NCBI GenBank assembly: GCA_003169715.1
Contig: PNAR01000205.1
Span: 1 to 40,890 of the forward strand
Length of the DNA: 40,890 nucleotides
DNA from: Acidobacteriaceae bacterium
GTDB taxonomy: Bacteria; Acidobacteriota; Terriglobia; Terriglobales; Acidobacteriaceae
Direction: 5' to 3'
Position 1 is the stretch's first letter, and each line of letters opens with the position of its first letter. This document shows positions 34,306-40,890 of the stretch, piece after piece. The position numbers and the translations under genes were made by a program. Below the pieces are notes generated by a model that saw nothing but the letters and a program-made list of their open reading frames with translations, did no database searches and had not been told where the DNA came from.

Positions 34306-35567
34306 TGTTTGTTCGTCTCGTGTATGAATCGTTTCGGCGGCAGAAGCGAAGCAAACTGCTGGCTGGCGCCGCCATTGCTTTAGGCGTGACCGTAGCCACG
34401 GCAATGATTGCCGTTGCCACCGATGTAGGCGACAAAATCAATCGCGAACTGCGCAGTTACGGCGCAAATCTCGTCGTCACCCCCCAGGACGATACTTTGG
34501 ATGTTCAAATCGCCGGAATCAACCTCAAACCACCCAGCGACGGCGCTTACCTGGACGAGGCCGATCTTCCGAAAATCAAAGGCATGTTCTGGCGCAACAA
34601 TATCGTGGGTTTTGCGCCCGTGTTGCCGGTGACCGTCACGGTCAATAAAGGCACCGCAAAGAATGTCACTCTTGTTGGTACATACTTTGCGAAGCGATTG
34701 CGCTTTGGCAACGAGAATTTTGTAACGGGCGTGCGCACAACCTATCCATTGTGGAAAGTTCAAGGCTCATGGCCGGATGACGATTCCCGTGACGTATTGA
34801 TCGGCGAACAGTTGGCTGCGGCTCTGAGAGCAAAGCCCGGAGCGAAAATCAATATCGAGGGAGAGAATCTGCAAGTAACGGGCATTCTTTCAACAGGAAG
34901 CACGGAAGACAACGAAATCGTCGCACCCCTCTCCTTAGCGCAACAGATGCTGGGAAAGCCGGGTGTAGTCCGCAAGGTTTATGTCAGCGCCCTGACCAAG
35001 CCCGAAGACGCATTTGCCCGCCGCGATCCAAAGACACTCAGTCCTGATATGTACGACCGGTGGTATTGCTCTCCCTACGCCCAATCCATCGCCTTTCAGT
35101 TGCAGGAAGCGATTCCACATTCTCACGCCGAGCAAATTCGTCAGGTCGCTCAAACCGAGGGCACGATTCTGACGAGGATCAAAGGCTTGATGCTGCTGGT
35201 CACGCTGGCCGCCCTGTTTGCGTCCGCGCTGGCAGTTTCGGCAGCAATGGCGACAACCGTTTTTGAGCGACGCCGCGAAGTTGGGTTGATGAAGGCTCTT
35301 GGCGCCGGTGGGCTCGCAGTGGCTTCCTTCTTTTTCGCGGAAGCCGCATTATTAGCACTTCTTGGAGGCGCGGCAGGCTTCGCAGGCGGCTCGTTTCTGG
35401 CATACCACGCGGGGCGCTGGATATTCGATTCCCCAATCAACATTCAGCCAGTGCTGCTTCCGCTTATTCTGATTATCGCGGTGATTGTAACTTTTGCGGG
35501 TAGCGCTACCGCCATTCTCCGCGCCGTGAAGTTTGATCCGGTATATGCATTGCGCGGTGAAGGATGA
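34305..35567 (+). CDS. MacB-type (FtsX-family) ABC permease 1 with large periplasmic domain
   Basis: N-terminal TM (KLLAGAAIALGVTVATAMIAV), a periplasmic domain of about 250 aa, and a C-terminal FtsX 3-TM bundle (ERRREVGLMKALGAGG...LRAVKFDPVYALRGE). Its start overlaps the upstream stop (TAATG at 34303-34307). Confidence 0.85.
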   Translation: MFVRLVYESFRRQKRSKLLAGAAIALGVTVATAMIAVATDVGDKINRELRSYGANLVVTPQDDTLDVQIAGINLKPPSDGAYLDEADLPKIKGMFWRNNIVGFAPVLPVTVTVNKGTAKNVTLVGTYFAKRLRFGNENFVTGVRTTYPLWKVQGSWPDDDSRDVLIGEQLAAALRAKPGAKINIEGENLQVTGILSTGSTEDNEIVAPLSLAQQMLGKPGVVRKVYVSALTKPEDAFARRDPKTLSPDMYDRWYCSPYAQSIAFQLQEAIPHSHAEQIRQVAQTEGTILTRIKGLMLLVTLAALFASALAVSAAMATTVFERRREVGLMKALGAGGLAVASFFFAEAALLALLGGAAGFAGGSFLAYHAGRWIFDSPINIQPVLLPLILIIAVIVTFAGSATAILRAVKFDPVYALRGEG

Positions 35568-36715
35568 CGAAACCTCTACCAGGCGGCCGTGCAGGCGCGC
35601 AGCATACCTCAATGTTTTTCCGCATGCTGGTTCGGGCCGCGATTCTCCGTCGCGGCCGCGCGGCATCCGCTTTGCTGGCCATGATCGTCGCAGCGACCGT
35701 CACGACGGCATTGTTGAATCTTTTTGTGGATGTGCAATCTAAGCTGCGCAGAGAATTTCGGAATTACGGCGCCAATGTCGTCGTGATCGCGAAAGACGGA
35801 AAGACACTTCCTCCCGATGCTCTTGCTAAAGTCGAGGCGACGGTTGGCAGGGATCCCCGTGCGAAACAGAGCGTTGCGGTCCCCTTTGCTTACGTCGTGG
35901 CCCGAACCTCCAACGATCAGCCGGTTGTCGTCGCCGGCACCGATCTTTCTGCTGTCCGCAAGCTGAACAATTGGTGGTCAGTAACGGCATGGCCGAAGCA
36001 GCCCGAGGAAGCTCTCCTTGGTGTTCGAGCGTCGGCCATCGTAAATCCGCAGGGAAAGTCTTTCGATCTCACCTTCCACGGGCGCACGATTCATTTGACG
36101 CCCGCGGGCACTGTGGGCACGGGCGCGGACGAAGACAGTCGTATTTATGTATCATTGTCCGATTTCGAAGCTTGGACAGGCGTGCGGGCGTCAACAATCG
36201 AAGTGGATGTTTCCGGCCCGCCTGCTGATGTCAACGCAACGATCGCAAGACTCGCTCAGGTTTTGCCCGACGCCGATGTCCGGCCAGTACGGCAAATCGT
36301 GGAAGCCGAAGCTCGCGTGTTGGGAAAGACAAGGGCGACGTTGTTGGCGGCTTGTATTCTAGTCATCGCCACGGCCGCGCTGTGCGTTCTGGCAACGCTC
36401 ACCGGGTGGGTGCTTGACCGGCGCCGCGATTTCGCGATCATGAAGGCTCTCGGCGCATCGCAGCGGTTTATCAGTGGATTCTTCGCCGCCGAGGCTGCCT
36501 TTCTGGGGGCTTTTGGGGCATTGCTTGGCTTTGGTTTCGGAATCGGAATCGCGGCGTGGATTGGCAGAACTAACTTTCATGCGCCCGTAATGCCCCGATT
36601 CGAGCTGTTTCCAATTGTTTTGCTCGGGTGCATTCTGATTGCGCTGGTCTCCGCGATTGCGCCGATTTCCGCGCTGCGGCGAGTGCAGCCAGCTATGATC
36701 TTAAAAGGTGAATGA
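35564..36715 (+). CDS. MacB-type (FtsX-family) ABC permease 2
   Basis: Same architecture as permease 1 (DRRRDFAIMKALGASQ...LRRVQPAMILKGE). The ATG at 35564 overlaps the upstream stop (ATGA). The alternative ATG at 35612 (MFFRMLVRAAI) parallels the N-terminus of permease 1. Confidence 0.85.
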   Translation: MTKPLPGGRAGAQHTSMFFRMLVRAAILRRGRAASALLAMIVAATVTTALLNLFVDVQSKLRREFRNYGANVVVIAKDGKTLPPDALAKVEATVGRDPRAKQSVAVPFAYVVARTSNDQPVVVAGTDLSAVRKLNNWWSVTAWPKQPEEALLGVRASAIVNPQGKSFDLTFHGRTIHLTPAGTVGTGADEDSRIYVSLSDFEAWTGVRASTIEVDVSGPPADVNATIARLAQVLPDADVRPVRQIVEAEARVLGKTRATLLAACILVIATAALCVLATLTGWVLDRRRDFAIMKALGASQRFISGFFAAEAAFLGAFGALLGFGFGIGIAAWIGRTNFHAPVMPRFELFPIVLLGCILIALVSAIAPISALRRVQPAMILKGE

Positions 36716-36745
36716 AGCCATAAATACGGGGCGGCAGGGAAAGAC

Positions 36746-37972
36746 TTGATTCAGCTCAAACATGTAAGCCGGTCATATCCAGCTCGAGCGGAAGCTGGAG
36801 GGGCTATTCGTGCGCTGGAGGACTTCTCACTCGCCGTTGCGCCGGGCGAGTGGATTGCAATCATGGGCCCGTCGGGATCGGGTAAATCAACGCTTGTGAA
36901 TCTGATCGGCTGCCTTGATCGTCCGACATCCGGTGAAATCTGGATTGACGACCAGAATGTGGCCAGCATCTCCGCGGGCAACTTGAACCGTGTACGCGCG
37001 GAAAAAATCGGATTCATTTTTCAACAGTTCCACCTGATTCCCTACCTCACGGCGGTTGAAAATGTGATGCTGGCGCAATACCTGCACAGCATGACGGACG
37101 AAGAAGAGGCGCTGACGGCTCTTGATCGGGTCGGCCTGAAAGATCGCGCGCATCACGTGCCGTCGCAGCTTTCCGGCGGCGAGCAGCAGCGCGTATGTAT
37201 TGCTCGGGCGCTGATCAACGATCCCAAAATTGTATTAGCCGACGAGCCTACCGGTAACCTCGACGCCGTCAACGAAGAGATTGTGCTTCGTCTCTTGCGC
37301 GAGTTGCATCGCAGCGGGCGCACCATCGTGATGGTCACGCACGATCCGGTAGTGGCACGATTGGCCGATCGCCGGATTGAGCTGCATCATGGCAAGATCG
37401 CCGCACAGGAAGTTTTTGCCATGGCGGATGAAGAGCAATTCGACGAGGTACTCGAGGAACTTTGGGCGCTCGAGGAAAATGGGCAAATCGCCGAAACCGG
37501 CCGCATGGAAGTTCACGGGGCTCTACCGGTGAGCATTGCCATCGAAAAGATGACCGCCCTGGGGCTGGTCACGACGAGCGTGCACAACGCTCCAATCCCT
37601 GCGTCTAAGCCTTTTATTAATCCGTGCCACGATGCTCTCAAGCCGACTGGCGTTTCCACCGGCGAAGGAAGCATGATTGTCGAGCTGACCCTTCGGGGTC
37701 GCCAGCGCGCCGCCGATGTAATTCGCCGTCACCGTCTTGCCGAACGCCTGTTTACTGATAGCCTGGCTCTCGATAGCGAATCGGAAATTGAGCAGCAAGC
37801 CTGCAAATTCGAGCACATACTTTCGCCAGAAGCTACCGACAAGATATGTACATTCCTGGGACATCCGCGCACATGCCCGCACGGGGCACTGATTCCACCG
37901 GGGCCGTGTTGCGGTCGAAACGTTGCGGAATTAGCCGGTACCTTCCGAGCCAAATCGGATCGCGTTAGCTAA
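36746..37972 (+). CDS. MacB/LolD-type ABC ATPase fused to a C-terminal DtxR/IdeR-like metal-dependent regulator module
   Basis: TTG start. Walker A GPSGSGKST, Q-loop FQQFHL, signature LSGGEQQRVCIARAL, Walker B VLADEPTGNLD, H-loop VTHD (aa 1-220). From aa 226 the sequence reads MADEEQFDEVLEELWALEENGQIAE...IEKMTALGLV...VIRRHRLAERLFTDSLALDSESEIEQQACKFEHILSPEATDKICTFLGHPRTCPHGALIP. This parallels DtxR RKHRLAERLLTDIIGLD...HDEACRWEHVMS. Confidence 0.85.
   Translation: MIQLKHVSRSYPARAEAGGAIRALEDFSLAVAPGEWIAIMGPSGSGKSTLVNLIGCLDRPTSGEIWIDDQNVASISAGNLNRVRAEKIGFIFQQFHLIPYLTAVENVMLAQYLHSMTDEEEALTALDRVGLKDRAHHVPSQLSGGEQQRVCIARALINDPKIVLADEPTGNLDAVNEEIVLRLLRELHRSGRTIVMVTHDPVVARLADRRIELHHGKIAAQEVFAMADEEQFDEVLEELWALEENGQIAETGRMEVHGALPVSIAIEKMTALGLVTTSVHNAPIPASKPFINPCHDALKPTGVSTGEGSMIVELTLRGRQRAADVIRRHRLAERLFTDSLALDSESEIEQQACKFEHILSPEATDKICTFLGHPRTCPHGALIPPGPCCGRNVAELAGTFRAKSDRVS
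37421..37915 (+). other. DtxR-like module (winged-helix-like segment plus metal-binding/dimerisation domain) within the ABC ATPase ORF, with a possible internal in-frame start
   Basis: An in-frame ATG at 37421 is preceded by AGGAAG (37407-37412) at 8-nt spacing. No stop codon separates it from the ATPase domain. Confidence 0.6.
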
Positions 37973-37973
37973 C

Positions 37974-38798
37974 GTGACGACCCCTCGCCGCCCTGCCATC
38001 GGAGTGTTCGACTCGGGCTTTGGTGGCCTTACAGTACTTAAAGCTTTACTTGAGCTTATCCCGCATTCGGATTACCTCTACTTCGGTGACACAGCCCGCC
38101 TTCCTTACGGCTCGAAGTCTGCCGAAACCGTCGCGAGGTACGCCATCGAAGCAACACGTTACCTCGAGCAGCATGGCGCTCAACTATTAGTTGTCGCCTG
38201 CAACACGGCGACCGCACTCGCTCTGGACAAGATCGAAGCGCGGTCCGGGGTTCCAGTAGTTGGGGTAATAGAACCCGGTGCGGAAAGCGCCTCCAAAGAG
38301 AGTAAGAACCGGAAGGTGGTCGTCATCGGCACTGAAGCCACCGTCAGCAGCCACGCTTACCGCAGAGCACTTGAGCAACGGGGAATCCAGGCGAAAGAGA
38401 AAGCCTGCCCTTTGCTGGTTCCGTTGGTTGAAGAAGGTTGGATTGACCACAATGTGACCGAGCAAATCGCTCGCATCTATCTCAACGAAGCGTTTGCCGA
38501 TGGATTTGAAAATGGAGATACCCTCGTTCTGGGATGCACGCACTATCCGCTGATAAGACGCGTGCTTCGGAAAGTGGCTCCTGATCACGTCGCGATTGTT
38601 GACTCGGCGCAATCCACGGCCCAAGTCGTGAAAGATATGCTGGGAAAATCCCTCTCTGAGGCAACCGAGGACGAGCGCCGCAAAATGCCGCGGCTGAAGT
38701 TTTTTGCTACGGATTCAGTGGAGAAATTCCGAACTCTTGGAGCGCGTTTCCTGGGACGTGAAATCGAGGACGTTCACCACGTGGATCTGAAGGAATAG
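37974..38798 (+). CDS. murI: Glutamate racemase
   Basis: IGVFDSGFGGLTVLKAL, LLVVACNTAT and LVLGCTHYPL (the two catalytic Cys motifs). GTG start. Confidence 0.9.
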   Translation: MTTPRRPAIGVFDSGFGGLTVLKALLELIPHSDYLYFGDTARLPYGSKSAETVARYAIEATRYLEQHGAQLLVVACNTATALALDKIEARSGVPVVGVIEPGAESASKESKNRKVVVIGTEATVSSHAYRRALEQRGIQAKEKACPLLVPLVEEGWIDHNVTEQIARIYLNEAFADGFENGDTLVLGCTHYPLIRRVLRKVAPDHVAIVDSAQSTAQVVKDMLGKSLSEATEDERRKMPRLKFFATDSVEKFRTLGARFLGREIEDVHHVDLKE

Positions 38799-38822
38799 TT
38801 TCCAAACGCTGGCAGAAGACGA

Positions 38823-39836
38823 TCAGTACAGATTGAAACTGACTTCGACGCTGATCTCTACCGCGACCGGTTTTCCATCCTTTATGGCAGGTTTAAATCT
38901 CCATTGCTTTACCGCTTCAATGGCTTTTTCGTCCAGACCGAGGCCGACACTGCGAGAAACTGTTATGTTGCGCGGAAGCCCATCGGGACCGACGATTAAA
39001 GAAACTATCGAAGTTCCTGAATACTTCGCTTTGCGGGCCTCTTCAGAATACTCAGGCGAAGGATCGTAAAGGACGCTGGGCGCGCTCACTCCTCCTCCAA
39101 CGTGATATGCGCCTCCACCAGTGCCACCGCCATGTCCTTCTCCGACTCCGGGCCCGGAGCCGACGCCCACTCCGCCCAAGGAACCGGAACCAATTCCACC
39201 GCCGGATCCTGTTCCGTTGGAAGGAGGACCGGAGGGCAGCTTAGACATTGGAATTCCCAGATTGGGCAAGTTATTCATCGCCATCTTGATCTGCGGAGGA
39301 ACAACAACTGTAGGCACAACCGGAAGCTTCGGATGATCGTTCCGAACTATAACCGCCGGAGGCGTGATCTGCTCCATTGCCAGCTTGGGAAGTTTTCCTT
39401 TTGACGCCTGGAATTTGTCTCTGTCGCCACCCCCGCCACCGCCACCGGCAAGAGTCTTGGAGGGCTTCAGAACCGGAATGTCGTCAGGAGCGATGATTGT
39501 CGTCACTACGGATTGCTTCGGGGTCTCCTTCACTATCCTGCGAGCCCAAAGAGTGGCTCCAACGATAAGCGCAAACAAAATGATATGGGTTATGGTCGAA
39601 CCAAGCGCGCCATTTTTCTTGTTGTCGTAAAAGCCCCAGATGTCTTTAACCGGAATCGGCTTCGAGGTCAGTACAAGCGGTGGCAGTTTTTTGGGAAAAA
39701 AGAAATCATTCAAATTCTGAGTGAGAGACTTGAACAGCGATTGCTCAAAAGTGTTCGGAGGCAGAAGAAAACTCGGCACCGGAGTGGAAGCCGAGGAGAC
39801 GCTGGCGGGTTGCGATTCGATATCGAGGCTTGCCAT
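38823..39836 (-). CDS. TonB-family energy transducer-like protein with Gly-rich spacer
   Basis: C-terminal TonB_C fold motif PEYSEEARKAKYSGTSIVSLIVGPDGLPRNITVSRSVGLGLDEKAIEAVKQWRFKPAIKDGKPV. A single TM (ITHIILFALIVGATLWA) lies at about aa 82-98, and the spacers are Gly-rich. Confidence 0.8.
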   Translation of the reverse strand: MASLDIESQPASVSSASTPVPSFLLPPNTFEQSLFKSLTQNLNDFFFPKKLPPLVLTSKPIPVKDIWGFYDNKKNGALGSTITHIILFALIVGATLWARRIVKETPKQSVVTTIIAPDDIPVLKPSKTLAGGGGGGGDRDKFQASKGKLPKLAMEQITPPAVIVRNDHPKLPVVPTVVVPPQIKMAMNNLPNLGIPMSKLPSGPPSNGTGSGGGIGSGSLGGVGVGSGPGVGEGHGGGTGGGAYHVGGGVSAPSVLYDPSPEYSEEARKAKYSGTSIVSLIVGPDGLPRNITVSRSVGLGLDEKAIEAVKQWRFKPAIKDGKPVAVEISVEVSFNLY

Positions 39837-40091
39837 AATTAGTCGAAACTCTCCAGCATCTGTCCCTTCGTAAGAATGGATGAGTCCGGTGCTCCCAAAG
39901 TTGCTTTTACGAAAGGGTTACTCCCCCCAAGAGTACCGCTCGTTCGCCGCCGTCGCAACTGCCATTAGCGGCGCGGCTGACATTTTAGATGCTTAAAGTT
40001 GCCAAACGTCATCTTTCAAAATCGTACACTCGAATCGAAAATTTCCATAAGGCATTAAGGAGCACTTTGCGGTTCATCGGCCCCCTATAAA

Positions 40092-40120
40092 TGGACGTTC
40101 CCCGACTGGCTCCCTATAAT
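40092..40120 (+). promoter_or_regulatory. Candidate promoter of ileS
   Basis: TGGACG (40092-40097), a 17-nt spacer, and a perfect TATAAT (40115-40120), about 34 nt upstream of the GTG start. Confidence 0.45.
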
Positions 40121-40153
40121 GAAAGAAATCAATTATTTGGGAGAACTCAGCGC

Positions 40154-40890
40154 GTGCCGCTCGACCTTAAATCTACCATCAATCTGCCCAAAACCGACTT
40201 CCCAATGAAGGCGAACTTGCCTCAAAACGAGCCTAAAATCCTGGCCCGGTGGGAGGAGATGGGCATTTACGGCCAAATTCAGCAGGCCCGGTGCGGCGCT
40301 CCCATGTATGTTCTGCACGATGGGCCTCCCTACGCCAATGGACCCATCCATTTGGGTCACGCCCTCAATAAGTGCCTGAAAGACTTCATCGTGAAGTCAA
40401 AAAGCATGGCTGGCATGGACGCCCCATACGTCCCAGGTTGGGACTGTCACGGCCTGCCTATTGAAATCAAGGTTGACCAGCAACTAGGCGGCAAAAAGTT
40501 GCAGATGAATCCTGCTGACGTACGCATGGAATGCCGCAAGTACGCTCAAAAATATCTCGACCTTCAGCGCGAGCAGTTTAAGCGGATCGGCGTCTTCGGG
40601 CGCTGGGACAATCCTTATTCCACCATGACTCCGCAATATGAGTCTGTGGTTTTGTCCACTCTCTACGACTTTCTAGAAAAAGGTTTCGTCTACAAGGGCC
40701 TTCGCTCCGTCTATTGGTGCATTCACGACCGAACTGCGCTTGCGGAAGCGGAAGTCGAATATGACGACCACACCAGCCCCACGGTTTGGGTGAAGTATCG
40801 CCTTCAATCCGATCCGCGAACCATTGATCCCGCGCTGGCGGACGCTCGCATTCACGGCGACAAGCCGATCTTCACAATCATCTGGACAAC
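40154..40890 (+). CDS. ileS: Isoleucyl-tRNA synthetase (5' part; runs off the right edge)
   Basis: GTG at 40154 with GGGAGAA upstream. The translation reads PLDLKSTINLPKTDFPMKANLPQNEPKILARWEEMGIYG...LHDGPPYANGPIHLGHALNK (HIGH motif)...GWDCHGLPIE. It is not in the track because it has no stop in the window. Confidence 0.95.
   Translation, partial: MPLDLKSTINLPKTDFPMKANLPQNEPKILARWEEMGIYGQIQQARCGAPMYVLHDGPPYANGPIHLGHALNKCLKDFIVKSKSMAGMDAPYVPGWDCHGLPIEIKVDQQLGGKKLQMNPADVRMECRKYAQKYLDLQREQFKRIGVFGRWDNPYSTMTPQYESVVLSTLYDFLEKGFVYKGLRSVYWCIHDRTALAEAEVEYDDHTSPTVWVKYRLQSDPRTIDPALADARIHGDKPIFTIIWT

Noticed and set aside
39837-40153. T-box or other leader riboswitch upstream of ileS
   Set aside because: A good -35/-10 pair sits only about 34 nt before the start codon, leaving no room for a T-box. 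The only T-box-like string (GAGTACCGC near 39940) lacks the GGGTGG core and the flanking helices.
1-40890. CRISPR arrays, tRNA/rRNA/tmRNA/SRP RNA genes, prophage or defence-island gene sets
   Set aside because: Reading all spacers over 60 bp by eye found no regularly spaced direct repeats, no tRNA-like GGTTCGAATCC T-arm contexts and no SRP/tmRNA core motifs. No nuclease, helicase or methylase clusters typical of defence systems were seen. A covariance-model scan could still find small RNAs I cannot see.

Overview
This 40.9-kb window looks chromosomal and is mostly housekeeping, from a Gram-negative bacterium. Gene content and short palindromic repeats suggest Acidobacteriota/Terriglobia, but that is inference and was not searched. 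All coordinates were indexed by hand and no searches or computations were run. I call about 35 protein genes. They are a fused LptF-LptG permease, a 947-aa HEAT/PilZ protein, a split atpI-atpB-atpE locus, dinB, glgA, rsmA/ksgA and a membrane GT2 synthase. They continue with pepP, bioY, an MqnD-like protein, a Dph6-like PP-loop protein, a TPR protein, an AIM24-family protein, a methyltransferase, an OmpA-like lipoprotein and uvrC. The rest are a BadF/NagK-like ATPase, a Nudix hydrolase, an ABC-F ATPase, bactofilin, msrB, a UxaA-family dehydratase, an SSS symporter, a zf-UBP protein, murI, a TonB-like protein and the 5' part of ileS. I found no rRNA, tRNA or CRISPR. The most system-like and unusual locus is 32.95-37.97 kb, a tightly coupled four-gene operon. 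It encodes an FTR1 iron permease fused to a DUF2318 Cys-rich domain, two MacB-type FtsX permeases, and an ABC ATPase with a complete DtxR/IdeR-like metal-sensor module on its C-terminus. Two palindromes in its promoter are candidate operators. Other points worth a second look:
- two REP-like hairpins inserted in frame inside uvrC
- a 271-nt repeat-rich spacer between atpB and atpE
- a signal-peptide-like extension on the ATP synthase c subunit
- a decayed islet holding a transposase fragment and a DUF433 gene killed by a single nonsense codon
- several small palindromic repeat families
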